A DNA stretch of 64,000 nt from Bacteroidales bacterium (GTDB lineage Bacteria; Bacteroidota; Bacteroidia; Bacteroidales; ML635J-15): NCBI GenBank assembly GCA_017551515.1, contig JAFZLK010000022.1, positions 12,532-76,531 of the forward strand. The letters run 5' to 3'. Shown here one piece after another: positions 50,905-59,860 of the stretch (position 1 is its first letter; every line of letters starts with the position of its first letter). The translations under genes and the position numbers were made by a program. Below the pieces are notes generated by a model that saw only the letters and a list, made by a program, of their open reading frames with translations, was not told where the DNA came from and searched no databases.

Positions 50905-51461
50905 TACTGCTTGCTACTATTATTAATGTTGTAAATTTCTCTGTCGATTTTATCAATCTCGTTCTGAAGCGAATCACGACTTTCGCGCAAATTCTTGGTA
51001 CGATTGTTATACTTATTAATCATCTCTGGCGGACCATAAACCTTAGCCCCCGACCTAGCGTTAACAGTTTCATCTATAGCATCCAAGCGTTCCTTAAGAG
51101 AACTTTTTTCCGATTCGAGCATTTTCAGAAGTTCATTCTGCAACGAATCAGCCTCGTGACGCATCGCACGAGTTCTAGCGCTGTATTCCCTCATAACTTC
51201 GGGAGAACCATAAACGCACGACGTTTCACGATCTTTGATTGTAGCACGCAAACTCTCGAGGCGTGCCTGCAACTCAGCCCGTCTTGCATTTATCGAATCC
51301 TTGGGAACATACATCTCATCGTTTTCACCAAGATTGTCATTGTCGGCAGGTTGCGGTGCTGTCTCAGCACTTTCGGAAGTACGCTTTGTCGCTGTGCAGG
51401 CTGCCACTATTGCCGTAGCAAGCGCAAGTATAGAAATCCATGTTTTCTTTACTATTTTCAT
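50904..51461 (-). CDS. Lipoprotein with two 58-aa helical repeats each bearing VYG(S/P)PE; likely rSAM substrate
   Basis: Lipobox VAAC (Cys22); VYG at residues 83 and 141; DSLQNE at residues 105 and 163. Confidence 0.8.
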   Translation of the reverse strand: MKIVKKTWISILALATAIVAACTATKRTSESAETAPQPADNDNLGENDEMYVPKDSINARRAELQARLESLRATIKDRETSCVYGSPEVMREYSARTRAMRHEADSLQNELLKMLESEKSSLKERLDAIDETVNARSGAKVYGPPEMINKYNNRTKNLRESRDSLQNEIDKIDREIYNINNSSKQ

Positions 51462-51526
51462 GGTCGTGCGATATTATTACAAAGTGCAAAGATAATGGAA
51501 ATTACGATTCCTTCAATGGACAAATA

Positions 51527-51630
51527 GGCGAAAAGGCTAGCGTAAATTGTTTGCCCCCCATCGTTAATGCCTTTAATGGCGTTAACGCCTTAATGGCAGG
51601 GGGAGCAACAAAACTGCAAGCCTATTCGCC
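51527..51630. repeat. About 100-bp imperfect inverted repeat (MITE-like or structured RNA)
   Basis: GGCGAA-AAGGCT...TTGTTTGCCCCC.../...GGGGGAGCAACAA...AGCCT-ATTCGCC, with inner CGTTAATGCC/GGCGTTAACG. Confidence 0.6.
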
Positions 51631-51769
51631 AAACCAGAAACAAGAACGGCGAAGCCCTCAACGAAGTTAAATTAGAAACTTATAAACTACAAAAAAAATA
51701 TCTTCAAAAATTTGGCACAACAAATATTTTATTTAATAACTTTGCAGAAATTTAAAAACAATAAATATT

Positions 51770-52777
51770 ATGGCTAAAATAAAAGTAGCAATTAACGGTT
51801 TTGGTCGCATCGGTCGTAATGTATTCAAGATTGCATTCGGACGCGACAATATAGAAATTATCGGTATCAACGACCTTACTGATACCAAGACATTGGCACA
51901 CCTGCTGAAGTACGATTCGACTCAGGGCAAGTTCGACAAGGAAGTTTCCTACAACGACAGCGCAATCATCGTAAACGGTAAGGAAATTAAGATTAGTGCA
52001 GAGAGAAATCCTGCTAACATTCCATGGCCGGAAACTCCAGACGTAGTTATCGAATCTACTGGTCTCTTCACCAGCAAGGAAAGTCCTAAGGGCGGTTACC
52101 GCGACCACCTGAAGAACGGTGCAAAGAAGGTTATCCTTACCGTTCCAGCAAAGGACGACATCGATGCAATGGTTGTTCTTGGTGTTAACGAAGAAGTTCT
52201 CACAAAGGACGTACAGTGCGTATCTAACGCTTCCTGCACAACCAACTGCCTTGCTCCTATCGCAAAGGTTCTCAACGACAACTTCGGCATTGAATACGGT
52301 CTTATGACTACTATCCACTCGTACACCAACGACCAGATAGTTCTCGACGGTCCACACAAAGACCTCAGAAGAGCTCGTTCATGCGCTGTTTCGCAGATTC
52401 CTACCACCACCGGTGCTGCTAAGGCTGTTGGTAAGGTTCTCCCAGCTCTCAATGGCAAACTCGACGGTATGGCAGTTCGCGTACCAACCCCAACTGGTTC
52501 ATCAGTTGACCTCGTTTGCTTGTTGAAGAAGGACGTTACTATCGAAGAAGTTAACGCTGCAATAAAGAAAGCTGCAGAAGGCCCAATGAAGGGTATCATC
52601 GAATACTCAGAAGAACCTCTAGTATCAATCGATATCGTTCACAACTCACATTCGTCAATTTTCGATGCTCAGTCAACTATGCTCAAGGGGCGCTTGCTGA
52701 AGACCTTGACTTGGTACGACAACGAATGGGGTTACTCAAACCGCGTTGCAGAACTCATCGAAAAGTTGAAATTCTAA
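51770..52777 (+). CDS. gap: Type I glyceraldehyde-3-phosphate dehydrogenase
   Basis: INGFGRIGR, SNASCTTNCLAP, TTTGAAKAVG, WYDNEWGYS. Confidence 0.98.
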   Translation: MAKIKVAINGFGRIGRNVFKIAFGRDNIEIIGINDLTDTKTLAHLLKYDSTQGKFDKEVSYNDSAIIVNGKEIKISAERNPANIPWPETPDVVIESTGLFTSKESPKGGYRDHLKNGAKKVILTVPAKDDIDAMVVLGVNEEVLTKDVQCVSNASCTTNCLAPIAKVLNDNFGIEYGLMTTIHSYTNDQIVLDGPHKDLRRARSCAVSQIPTTTGAAKAVGKVLPALNGKLDGMAVRVPTPTGSSVDLVCLLKKDVTIEEVNAAIKKAAEGPMKGIIEYSEEPLVSIDIVHNSHSSIFDAQSTMLKGRLLKTLTWYDNEWGYSNRVAELIEKLKF

Positions 52778-52798
52778 AGTGTTTTTCATAGTATTAGC

Positions 52799-52827
52799 AA
52801 AGGGAGAGCATTTGTTCTCCCTTTTTT
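52799..52827 (+). terminator. Intrinsic terminator after gap
   Basis: AAAGGGAGAGCA-TT-TGTTCTCCCTTTTTT. Confidence 0.8.
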
Positions 52828-52888
52828 GTTTCCAAAAACATTAGTTTTTACAAATAATATTTAATTTTGCCAGCGAAAGCAATTGAAT

Positions 52889-53368
52889 ATGGCAAGAATA
52901 TACGACTACAAGGCAATAACCAGCAACGGCAAGGAACTGGATTTCGGACAGTTTCGCGGAAAGGTCCTGCTTATTGTCAACACGGCAAGCAAATGCGGAT
53001 TTACACCACAATTCGCCGGACTGGAAGAACTTAACCAGAAATACAAGGACAAAGGACTGGTAATCATTGGCTTTCCCTGCAATCAGTTTGCACATCAAGA
53101 CCCGGGAACAGACAGCGAAATCTCAAGTTTCTGCCAACTGAACTATGGTGTTACCTTCCAGATAATGAGAAAAATAGATGTAAATGGCGAGAACGCACAT
53201 CCAATCTTCAAATACTTGACAACAGAAGCAAGAGGTTTTCTCAGCAGAAAAATAAAATGGAATTTCACCAAGTTTCTCATTTCCCGCGATGGCACAAAAA
53301 TCAAACGCTATCCTCCTACCAAAGCACCTAGAAAAATAGAAAAAGATATTGAAGCACTACTAGGATAA
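52889..53368 (+). CDS. Glutathione peroxidase (Cys-type)
   Basis: GKVLLIVNTASKCGFTPQ, GFPCNQF, KWNFTKFL. Confidence 0.95.
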   Translation: MARIYDYKAITSNGKELDFGQFRGKVLLIVNTASKCGFTPQFAGLEELNQKYKDKGLVIIGFPCNQFAHQDPGTDSEISSFCQLNYGVTFQIMRKIDVNGENAHPIFKYLTTEARGFLSRKIKWNFTKFLISRDGTKIKRYPPTKAPRKIEKDIEALLG

Positions 53369-53370
53369 CA

Positions 53371-53892
53371 ATGTCGCCATTTCTGAAATACATAGCCGAT
53401 GAACAGCACTACACAGATGTACTTGCTAAGCTCACAAGCGTAAAGCGAACATTGTGGATTGGCACCGCCGACATAAAAGACTTGTACATAAAACAAGGGA
53501 ACGATGTCGTGCCAATGCTTGGCGTGCTTGCATCTCTGCTGAAAAAAGGTGTTGAAATTCGTCTTATCCACGCCAAGGAACCTGGCGAAAACTTCCGCAC
53601 CGACTTCGACCTCTACCCTATCCTATACGCCGCACTTGAACGCGTTCTTTGTCCGCGAGTACATTTCAAGATTATGATTTTCGACATGGAGAGTGCTTAC
53701 ATTGGTTCGGCAAACCTCACTGGTGCTGGTATCGGCATGAAAAGTCCACAAAAGCGCAATTTTGAAGCAGGAATTTTCACCAACGACCCTGAAATTGTTG
53801 AATCGGCTATCAATCAATTCGACAATGTGTGGATAGGTAACCATTGTGAAAAATGCGGAAGAAGAGAATTCTGTGGGGATAGAATAAAGTAG
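53371..53892 (+). CDS. Stand-alone phospholipase D-like (single HKD) protein
   Basis: HFKIMIFD (HxKxxxxD), GSANLTGAG, NFEAG; C-terminal CEKC....C. Confidence 0.82.
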   Translation: MSPFLKYIADEQHYTDVLAKLTSVKRTLWIGTADIKDLYIKQGNDVVPMLGVLASLLKKGVEIRLIHAKEPGENFRTDFDLYPILYAALERVLCPRVHFKIMIFDMESAYIGSANLTGAGIGMKSPQKRNFEAGIFTNDPEIVESAINQFDNVWIGNHCEKCGRREFCGDRIK

Positions 53893-53895
53893 AAA

Positions 53896-54573
53896 CTATT
53901 CTTCCAACAAATCTGGTCTCAATGCTTTTGTGCGCTCGTAGGCGAGTTCCTCTTTCCACTCATCAATCTTGGCGAAATTTCCAGACAGCAGAATGTCAGG
54001 CACTTTCCAGCCGTTGAACTCGGCAGGGCGTGTATATACTGGCGGTGCTAGAAGTCCATCCTGGAACGAATCGGACAATGCCGACTGCTCGTCACCTATT
54101 GCACCGGGAATCACGCGGATAATGCTGTCGCACATCATTGCTGCCGCCAATTCGCCACCGGTAAGCACAAAATCGCCAATACTAAATTCCTCGTCTATAA
54201 GGTGTTCACGAATACGATAGTCGATGCCCTTGTAATGTCCGCAAAGAATAATTATGTTCTCCATCATACTTATGCGGTTGGCTTCCTTCTGCTTCCACGG
54301 CTTGCCATCTGGCGAAGTGTAGATGACAAGATCGTAGTTGCGTTCCTTCTTCAAGTCGTTGATGCAATTGAATATTGGCTCAATCATCATCACCATGCCT
54401 GCCTCTCCGCCAAAAGCATAGTCATCTACTTGCTTGTGACGACCAAGCCCGTATTCGCGCAAATCGTGTATATGAACTTCGGCAATTCCCTTGTCGGTCG
54501 CCCTCTTGATAATCGAGTTGTTCAACGGACCATCAAGAATTTCGGGTAAAACGGTTATAATGTCTATTCGCAT
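53896..54573 (-). CDS. trmD: tRNA (guanine-N1)-methyltransferase
   Basis: [48 protein letters not shown]. Confidence 0.97.
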   Translation of the reverse strand: MRIDIITVLPEILDGPLNNSIIKRATDKGIAEVHIHDLREYGLGRHKQVDDYAFGGEAGMVMMIEPIFNCINDLKKERNYDLVIYTSPDGKPWKQKEANRISMMENIIILCGHYKGIDYRIREHLIDEEFSIGDFVLTGGELAAAMMCDSIIRVIPGAIGDEQSALSDSFQDGLLAPPVYTRPAEFNGWKVPDILLSGNFAKIDEWKEELAYERTKALRPDLLEE

Positions 54574-54577
54574 AAGT

Positions 54578-54772
54578 ATGTTTCTGTGGGCTAAAGCCCG
54601 TTTCTATGTTTCTAAGTTTAACTTCGTTGAGGGCTACGCCGTTCTGTGCCTGCGGCGTTTCTGAGTTTCTAGTTGTGGGCTAACAGGCTTGCAGGCTTAA
54701 AGGCTAACAGCCATGGCTGTTTTGCTGTCTCGCTGTTTTGCTTTTAGCCTTTTCAACTCTCAACTTTCAACT
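54578..54772. repeat. Intergenic AGAAAC-family repeat sharing about 88 bp with 2993-3080 and about 35 bp (inverted) with 51644-51680
   Basis: Direct comparison; the - strand reads GAACGGCGTAGCCCTCAACGAAGTTAAACTTAGAAAC vs GAACGGCGAAGCCCTCAACGAAGTTAAATTAGAAAC on + near 51644. Confidence 0.85.
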
Positions 54773-54773
54773 T

Positions 54774-56354
54774 TTAAAATCCCATTCCGAACTTCAGCCA
54801 CAATTTTTTCTCCAACTCCTTCCATTCGTCACGAGACTTTGAGAACATTCCATCGGTGTAGGCATTGAGCAACTTGGCAGACTTCTTTGGATTTGCCTTT
54901 ACCTTTGCTTCAAGCTCAGCCAGTCCACCAAAAGCCATGTCCTCGTGAGTTTTGAACGCCTTGTCCATCATCGATTTTGTTGATTGCCATGCCACAGTTG
55001 CCAATTTGTTGGCTTTGCGGTAAGTCCACAGCACCGAATTATCGTCAAGCTGCTTTTGTCCGCACACATCGTAAGCCTTTGGTAATGTTGTGTTTCCGCA
55101 GAAAATAGGAATACGCGGACTTTCGGCAGGATTATCAACTGACATCCAACAAACACCGCCAACCTCGTCGGGCAACCAACTGCGCAACTGGATTATATGC
55201 GAGTACGAACACCACGCAACAGCCACCGTACGCTGGAATGTTACTGTTTCGGGAGCCAAGAAATTCAATGTGTTGCGCATGTTTGTGCCAAGCCACGGAT
55301 TTGCAACAGGACTTACAATAGTATCGTCAACCAAAGAGCCATCTTCGATACGCTTCTTGGTCATCATTTTCACATTGCGCGTCATATCAAGGTCGGTGCC
55401 TTCGTAGGTGCTACGGAAAAGTTCGATAACCTTGCGGACATCAACATTCTCATCCGGCTTTACCGAGAATGGCAGTTCGTCCATATCCATGCTTAGTCCT
55501 AAAGATGGAGCCAAACTACTGAGAATAAAGAACTCGCGTTCCTTGAAATTCTTTCCTGCGCCATACGATGAAGCAAATGCCTTCCAGAAAACAAAAGGTT
55601 CGTTTCCATCCCAGAGGTTATACTTCTTGGCAACTTCCTCAACATTGTCCGATGCCATGAAATAGTCGGGATTGTTGCGCTCCATCTGCCCTATTCTTGC
55701 AATATTTGCCGATACGCCAACATGGTCGTCGGGAATACGCTTTGCTACCCATACGCCACCAATCTTGTCGGGACCTTCACCAAGGATTTCCATCTGCCAA
55801 ACCTCGTTCTTGTCGGCAATTGTAATGCACTCGCCACCATCACCGTAACCGTATTCAGCAATAAGGCTACCAATGAGCTTTATCGCTTCGCGGGCTGTAG
55901 TGCAACGCATAAGAGCAACGCGCTCAAGTTCCTCTATCATGAACATACCTTTGCTGTTCACAAGCGTATCGGGACCCGAAAAGGTGGTCTCTCCTATTGC
56001 AAGTTGCTTTTCGTTGAGGCACGGATAAGCGGTGTTAAGGTAAGCGTAAGTGTGCTTTGTTTGCGGAATTTCGCCAGCCAGCTTAACACCAGTGGTATCA
56101 CTACGGCTTTTGGTGTGCATTGTGCCCTTGTAAACCTTATGGGTTGCTCCATCTTTGTAATTGGCAGATGGTTCAATCGACATCCAAGTGCGGTAACGAC
56201 CGTCGCAAGTGTGAGATGTGATTACCGAACCATCGGCTGACGCCTTCTTACCGACCATTATGCTGGTGCAATTTCCACCTATAAAATCTTCATCCTGCCC
56301 CATCGCGCACAGCGAAAGCAGGAAAAGCAAGGCAAGCAGAAAAAGATTTTTCAT
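54774..56354 (-). CDS. C69 family dipeptidase (Ntn hydrolase)
   Basis: Signal peptide, then CTSIMVGKKASADGSVITSH; NEKQLAIGETT; TAREAI; GYGDGGE. Confidence 0.9.
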   Translation of the reverse strand: MKNLFLLALLFLLSLCAMGQDEDFIGGNCTSIMVGKKASADGSVITSHTCDGRYRTWMSIEPSANYKDGATHKVYKGTMHTKSRSDTTGVKLAGEIPQTKHTYAYLNTAYPCLNEKQLAIGETTFSGPDTLVNSKGMFMIEELERVALMRCTTAREAIKLIGSLIAEYGYGDGGECITIADKNEVWQMEILGEGPDKIGGVWVAKRIPDDHVGVSANIARIGQMERNNPDYFMASDNVEEVAKKYNLWDGNEPFVFWKAFASSYGAGKNFKEREFFILSSLAPSLGLSMDMDELPFSVKPDENVDVRKVIELFRSTYEGTDLDMTRNVKMMTKKRIEDGSLVDDTIVSPVANPWLGTNMRNTLNFLAPETVTFQRTVAVAWCSYSHIIQLRSWLPDEVGGVCWMSVDNPAESPRIPIFCGNTTLPKAYDVCGQKQLDDNSVLWTYRKANKLATVAWQSTKSMMDKAFKTHEDMAFGGLAELEAKVKANPKKSAKLLNAYTDGMFSKSRDEWKELEKKLWLKFGMGF

Positions 56355-56360
56355 AAACGA

Positions 56361-56789
56361 CTATTTATTCTCCTTTACAAAATTTCCGTTGAGGTCGAAT
56401 TGCAATTCGACATTTGTGTTGAGTTCGATTTCGAAGCCGTTCTTATCGCGCTCAATCTTGAAGATTTTGGTTTTCTTGTAGTTGTGCGAAACATAGTCGT
56501 AAATATTGCTGCTTACGATTCCCTTCGGCAGTGCGACATGTCCTTCGATTTCCATCCACGAACCAATCTTGTTGAACTCAATCTTCACACCATTTTCAAG
56601 TTTCACCTCGTAGTCGCCGTCCTTCTCATCGAGCATTACTGATGACACCTTGTCCTTCGGGAAATAAGTTTTCAGGAATTCCTGTGCGGTCATAGGCATG
56701 TCCTCAACCTTGGCTGGCTTGTCGTTGTCGGCAAAAGCGAAAGCGGAAAACGAAAGCGCACAAATTAAAAGTAATGTTATGTTTTTCAT
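56361..56789 (-). CDS. PepSY-like (putative beta-lactamase-inhibitor-like) periplasmic protein
   Basis: Signal peptide; two repeats of P.....F....FP / YEV.L..G..IEF...G. Confidence 0.82.
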   Translation of the reverse strand: MKNITLLLICALSFSAFAFADNDKPAKVEDMPMTAQEFLKTYFPKDKVSSVMLDEKDGDYEVKLENGVKIEFNKIGSWMEIEGHVALPKGIVSSNIYDYVSHNYKKTKIFKIERDKNGFEIELNTNVELQFDLNGNFVKENK

Positions 56790-56875
56790 ACGAATAAATA
56801 TTAAACCTAAATTTAGAAAATTAGGGCAAAGATAAGAAAAAATCAAATACAGGAAGGGATATTTTTCATGTGGGA

Positions 56876-56978
56876 GGCTGTCTAAAAAGTCTTTTTGTCG
56901 TTTCTTTATTCGGATTCCTAATGTAAAGAATCCGCAAATATTGAAATCTTGGATGGTTAATTTGCTTTTTAGATAGCC
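56876..56978. mobile_element. MITE-like remnant with 14-bp terminal inverted repeats
   Basis: GGCTGTCTAAAAAG (56876-56889) and CTTTTTAGATAGCC (56965-56978), 13/14 complementary; inner CGGATTC/GAATCCG hairpin. Confidence 0.5.
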
Positions 56979-57193
56979 ACATCCAGATTCATCAGTTCGT
57001 AAAGATACGCAGGGCTTTGCACATAAAGTTCACCTTCCTCGTCCTGTAATGCCGACATTAGGGATGAGTTATACACGCGGTCCATAGCCTGATCAATGGA
57101 ACAGCCAGTATCTTCCATTACATACTTTACCAATTCGCTCAAGACATAATTGGTCAGATAAGTCGCAATTTGATGATGTGTAGGTTGGTTCAT
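56969..57193 (-). CDS. Small DUF3791-like protein
   Basis: AMD.VYNS.....L.DE...LY.QSPAYLYE; overlaps the DUF3990 stop. Confidence 0.72.
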   Translation of the reverse strand: MNQPTHHQIATYLTNYVLSELVKYVMEDTGCSIDQAMDRVYNSSLMSALQDEEGELYVQSPAYLYELMNLDVAI

Positions 57194-57678
57194 AGGGTTT
57201 CGACGCTTGTTTTATGTAGAAATTCCAATGCTCTCGCGGTTCCAAAATAATACTGCTGGTCAAGATACCTATCCTGAAGCAACTTGGCTACTTGTTCCGG
57301 CGAGTAAATTCCTTCGCGATAGTTAGTCAGTTGCAAAACAACGCCATCGTTGGCTATCGGACCAATTACAATGTCATAGTTGTGGATAGGTTTATCATTC
57401 TTTCTGTCACGATTGGCGTCAACGAATAGAAGCCATTCCACACAGGCTTTTTCAGGGAACACCTTAATATTTAGACCTGATTGCATGGCTTTTTCGTCAA
57501 ATTCGTATGTAATCAGCGTGCCCGTGCCTTTGAAAATTCGCGCTTTCTTTTTTGCCATCCTGATGGCTGTAGCCTTGTCTGGAGTCAGATAGAACCCCAT
57601 GCCAAAGTCCTTGTGCCGTATGCTTTTCGTAAGGTCTATCGACTCTATGTCTTGGTTGGTGCCGTGGTAGAGTATCAT
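57190..57678 (-). CDS. DUF3990 protein (ADP-ribosyltransferase-like motifs)
   Basis: LYHGT, KDFGMGFYLT, EWLLFV..NR, YDIVIGPIAND, QYYF.T. Confidence 0.87.
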   Translation of the reverse strand: MILYHGTNQDIESIDLTKSIRHKDFGMGFYLTPDKATAIRMAKKKARIFKGTGTLITYEFDEKAMQSGLNIKVFPEKACVEWLLFVDANRDRKNDKPIHNYDIVIGPIANDGVVLQLTNYREGIYSPEQVAKLLQDRYLDQQYYFGTARALEFLHKTSVETL

Positions 57679-57890
57679 GCGAGTGTTCCTCCATTTTGCT
57701 GGCAGATGATGAGCAGATCATCAATTGTTTCGTCCATCGATTGCAAGTGTTCTACATCGTAAAACTCAATTAGGAAAGCCAATCCCTTGTGCTTTTGCAA
57801 ATAGCGGTAAGCCGCTTGCCGTGTCATAGCAAAGCGCTGTCCGAAAGCCTGAATGCACGCTGTTAGAAATGGAATCTCGTACTTGCTCAT
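57675..57890 (-). CDS. DUF3791 protein
   Basis: FLTACI..F, AYRYL....GL.FL.E.YDVEH.QS. Confidence 0.82.
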   Translation of the reverse strand: MSKYEIPFLTACIQAFGQRFAMTRQAAYRYLQKHKGLAFLIEFYDVEHLQSMDETIDDLLIICQQNGGTLA

Positions 57891-57961
57891 TTTCTGTCAA
57901 TGCTTAAAAATTCATACGGCTGCAAAAATACATTTTTTTCACGAATTTACATTGTTTATAT

Positions 57962-58108
57962 CAAGAAGATTGGATGGTGCAGATGTCGTGGATTATATTA
58001 ACGGTTGGGATGGTGTCCTTTCTAGACTGGATGGCTTTTTACAAAAATGGAACATGTTTTTACAGATATGGGATGGCGGATGGAATCCGCCGTGAAGAGA
58101 CGGAACAT
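57962..58108. repeat. About 147-bp imperfect direct repeat, copy 1
   Basis: Aligns with 59713-59860 at an offset of about 1752; contains the palindrome GGCGGA-TGGAA-TCCGCC. Confidence 0.88.
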
Positions 58109-58113
58109 ATATG

Positions 58114-58143
58114 CGTATGGGCAGGTTGAGACCTGCCCATACG
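58114..58143. repeat. REP-like palindrome
   Basis: CGTATGGGCAGGT-TGAG-ACCTGCCCATACG, a perfect 13-bp stem. Confidence 0.75.
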
Positions 58144-58148
58144 ATATG

Positions 58149-59636
58149 CTATCTGTCCCATGTCTTTTTCATGTCAGCGAAACGCTCATGTATATCAAGG
58201 ATGCAATTATTAAGAAATCCAACTTTTCTCTTATCGCAAATATCTTTACAAATCGTTTTGTAATCACCGCAAGCACCCAAGTCAACCAAATTTGTGTCGA
58301 ACATCTTTTTTATCTCTGGCAGAAGTTCCTTTGCCTGAATGTCTAACAGATTACTCAGCAAAAGTCCAGAGAGCGAACTGTCTATATACTTGGTTTCCGG
58401 CAATACTTCGGCAGCAAACACCAAAACCTCCCGATACCATTCCAACACTTCGTCTCGGCGCTCAGGCTGACGAAGTGCAATTTGCGTAACAGCAGGAAAA
58501 ACATTATACTTGGCATAAGTATATAGACCTTCCTCCTTCACAAAATCCAGCAGTTTATCCAAATGTCTATGTGCCAACAAGTAAATTGTAGAAGTGAAAA
58601 TCTGGTCGCCAGCATCACCGAAATGGTAATCGTAAAAATCCTCATTTTGCCTCAACGTTTCAAGAACTATGTCAAGACTGCCAGCATTGCCAACTTCACC
58701 CAAAAGTATTATCGAATTGGATACAATGCCTGTAAAACTATCATTTTCAGACTCATCGGGTATGCTATCACAAGTCTGACCAATGTGATAAAGGATTATC
58801 TTCTCTAAATTTTCACGCAGCAAATCATGAGGCAACTGCAATATGCGGTCTATAAAATCGTCATTAAGGTAAATTTTGTTTGCTGGACTATTTAGCTCGT
58901 TATAGAACCATTCTGGCGTTGTAAGATTAAGTTCGGTCGGATACTGTGGATGCTTATAGGTATATTCGGTTTCTGGTCCATATTGCTTAAACAAAGGATT
59001 ATCCTTCATATTCTTAAAAAGATCAGCAACTTCTTTCATATCAATATCCGGCAACTCATCGTCATCATTATAGTCGTCAGCGCCATCAGCAGGAAGAATA
59101 TAATCGAAGTCATCTCCCAAATTCTTTTTCAAGACTGGCAAATATTTGTTCATTTCGTTCTGATTGTTGCATATCAGACAATGCTTGCCATCCCTACCAA
59201 ATTCATACTCAATCAAAGGAATTTCATCCGAGTCCTCCTCAAGCATAAATTGGGTCAGGCGAAAACTTTTGTGCGGTTCTATGCCTGCTTCTTCTGCAAA
59301 TGCAATTGCGCCATAAATCCAGTTGTGTGCTTCTTCGTAACTACATTCGCGCATATCACCTATTCCCGAAATAATTTGTTTCAATTCGTATTCATCATGT
59401 CTAAGATAGTAAAATGAATCCTTGACACCCAAACAAAAAATATCAACCAGATAGATTCCCATACTGATTTTTCCACCAGTATGCTCTCTTGTAACAATTA
59501 TATCACCTTCGCCACACTGTTCTATCTCATTTGAAATATAGCATTTGCCAATTTTTAATGTTCTCGCTTTCTGTCTTATATATTGGTCGGCAGAAAGAAA
59601 CTGCTGTCCATTGCCTTTATTCTTTTTCTTTGCCAT
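58149..59636 (-). CDS. Hypothetical protein with a DUF1186-like C-terminal half
   Basis: YLVDIFCLGVKD, IYGAIAFAEEAGIEP, IEYEFG.DGK; C-half LLGE, E.L..YAK, L..L.DI.A.ELLPEIK. Confidence 0.7.
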   Translation of the reverse strand: MAKKKNKGNGQQFLSADQYIRQKARTLKIGKCYISNEIEQCGEGDIIVTREHTGGKISMGIYLVDIFCLGVKDSFYYLRHDEYELKQIISGIGDMRECSYEEAHNWIYGAIAFAEEAGIEPHKSFRLTQFMLEEDSDEIPLIEYEFGRDGKHCLICNNQNEMNKYLPVLKKNLGDDFDYILPADGADDYNDDDELPDIDMKEVADLFKNMKDNPLFKQYGPETEYTYKHPQYPTELNLTTPEWFYNELNSPANKIYLNDDFIDRILQLPHDLLRENLEKIILYHIGQTCDSIPDESENDSFTGIVSNSIILLGEVGNAGSLDIVLETLRQNEDFYDYHFGDAGDQIFTSTIYLLAHRHLDKLLDFVKEEGLYTYAKYNVFPAVTQIALRQPERRDEVLEWYREVLVFAAEVLPETKYIDSSLSGLLLSNLLDIQAKELLPEIKKMFDTNLVDLGACGDYKTICKDICDKRKVGFLNNCILDIHERFADMKKTWDR

Positions 59637-59712
59637 TGTCCTAAATTTATCTTGACAAAAATACATAAAAAAACAATAATATTTGTTTATTGCAATGCAA
59701 AAAAATAGGGAG

Positions 59713-59860
59713 CAAGAAGTGCCGGTGGATGCCGATGTCGTAGATTATATCCACGGTTGGGATGATGTCCTTTCTGGGCTGGAGGGCATTTTTACAAAAA
59801 TGGGACATGTTTTTACGGATATGGTTGGGCGGATGGAATCCGCCGGAAAAGACGGAACAT
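59713..59860. repeat. About 147-bp imperfect direct repeat, copy 2
   Basis: See 57962-58108. Confidence 0.88.

Noticed and set aside
52889-53368. Selenocysteine-containing peroxidase
   Set aside because: The active-site codon is TGC (Cys) and there is no in-frame TGA
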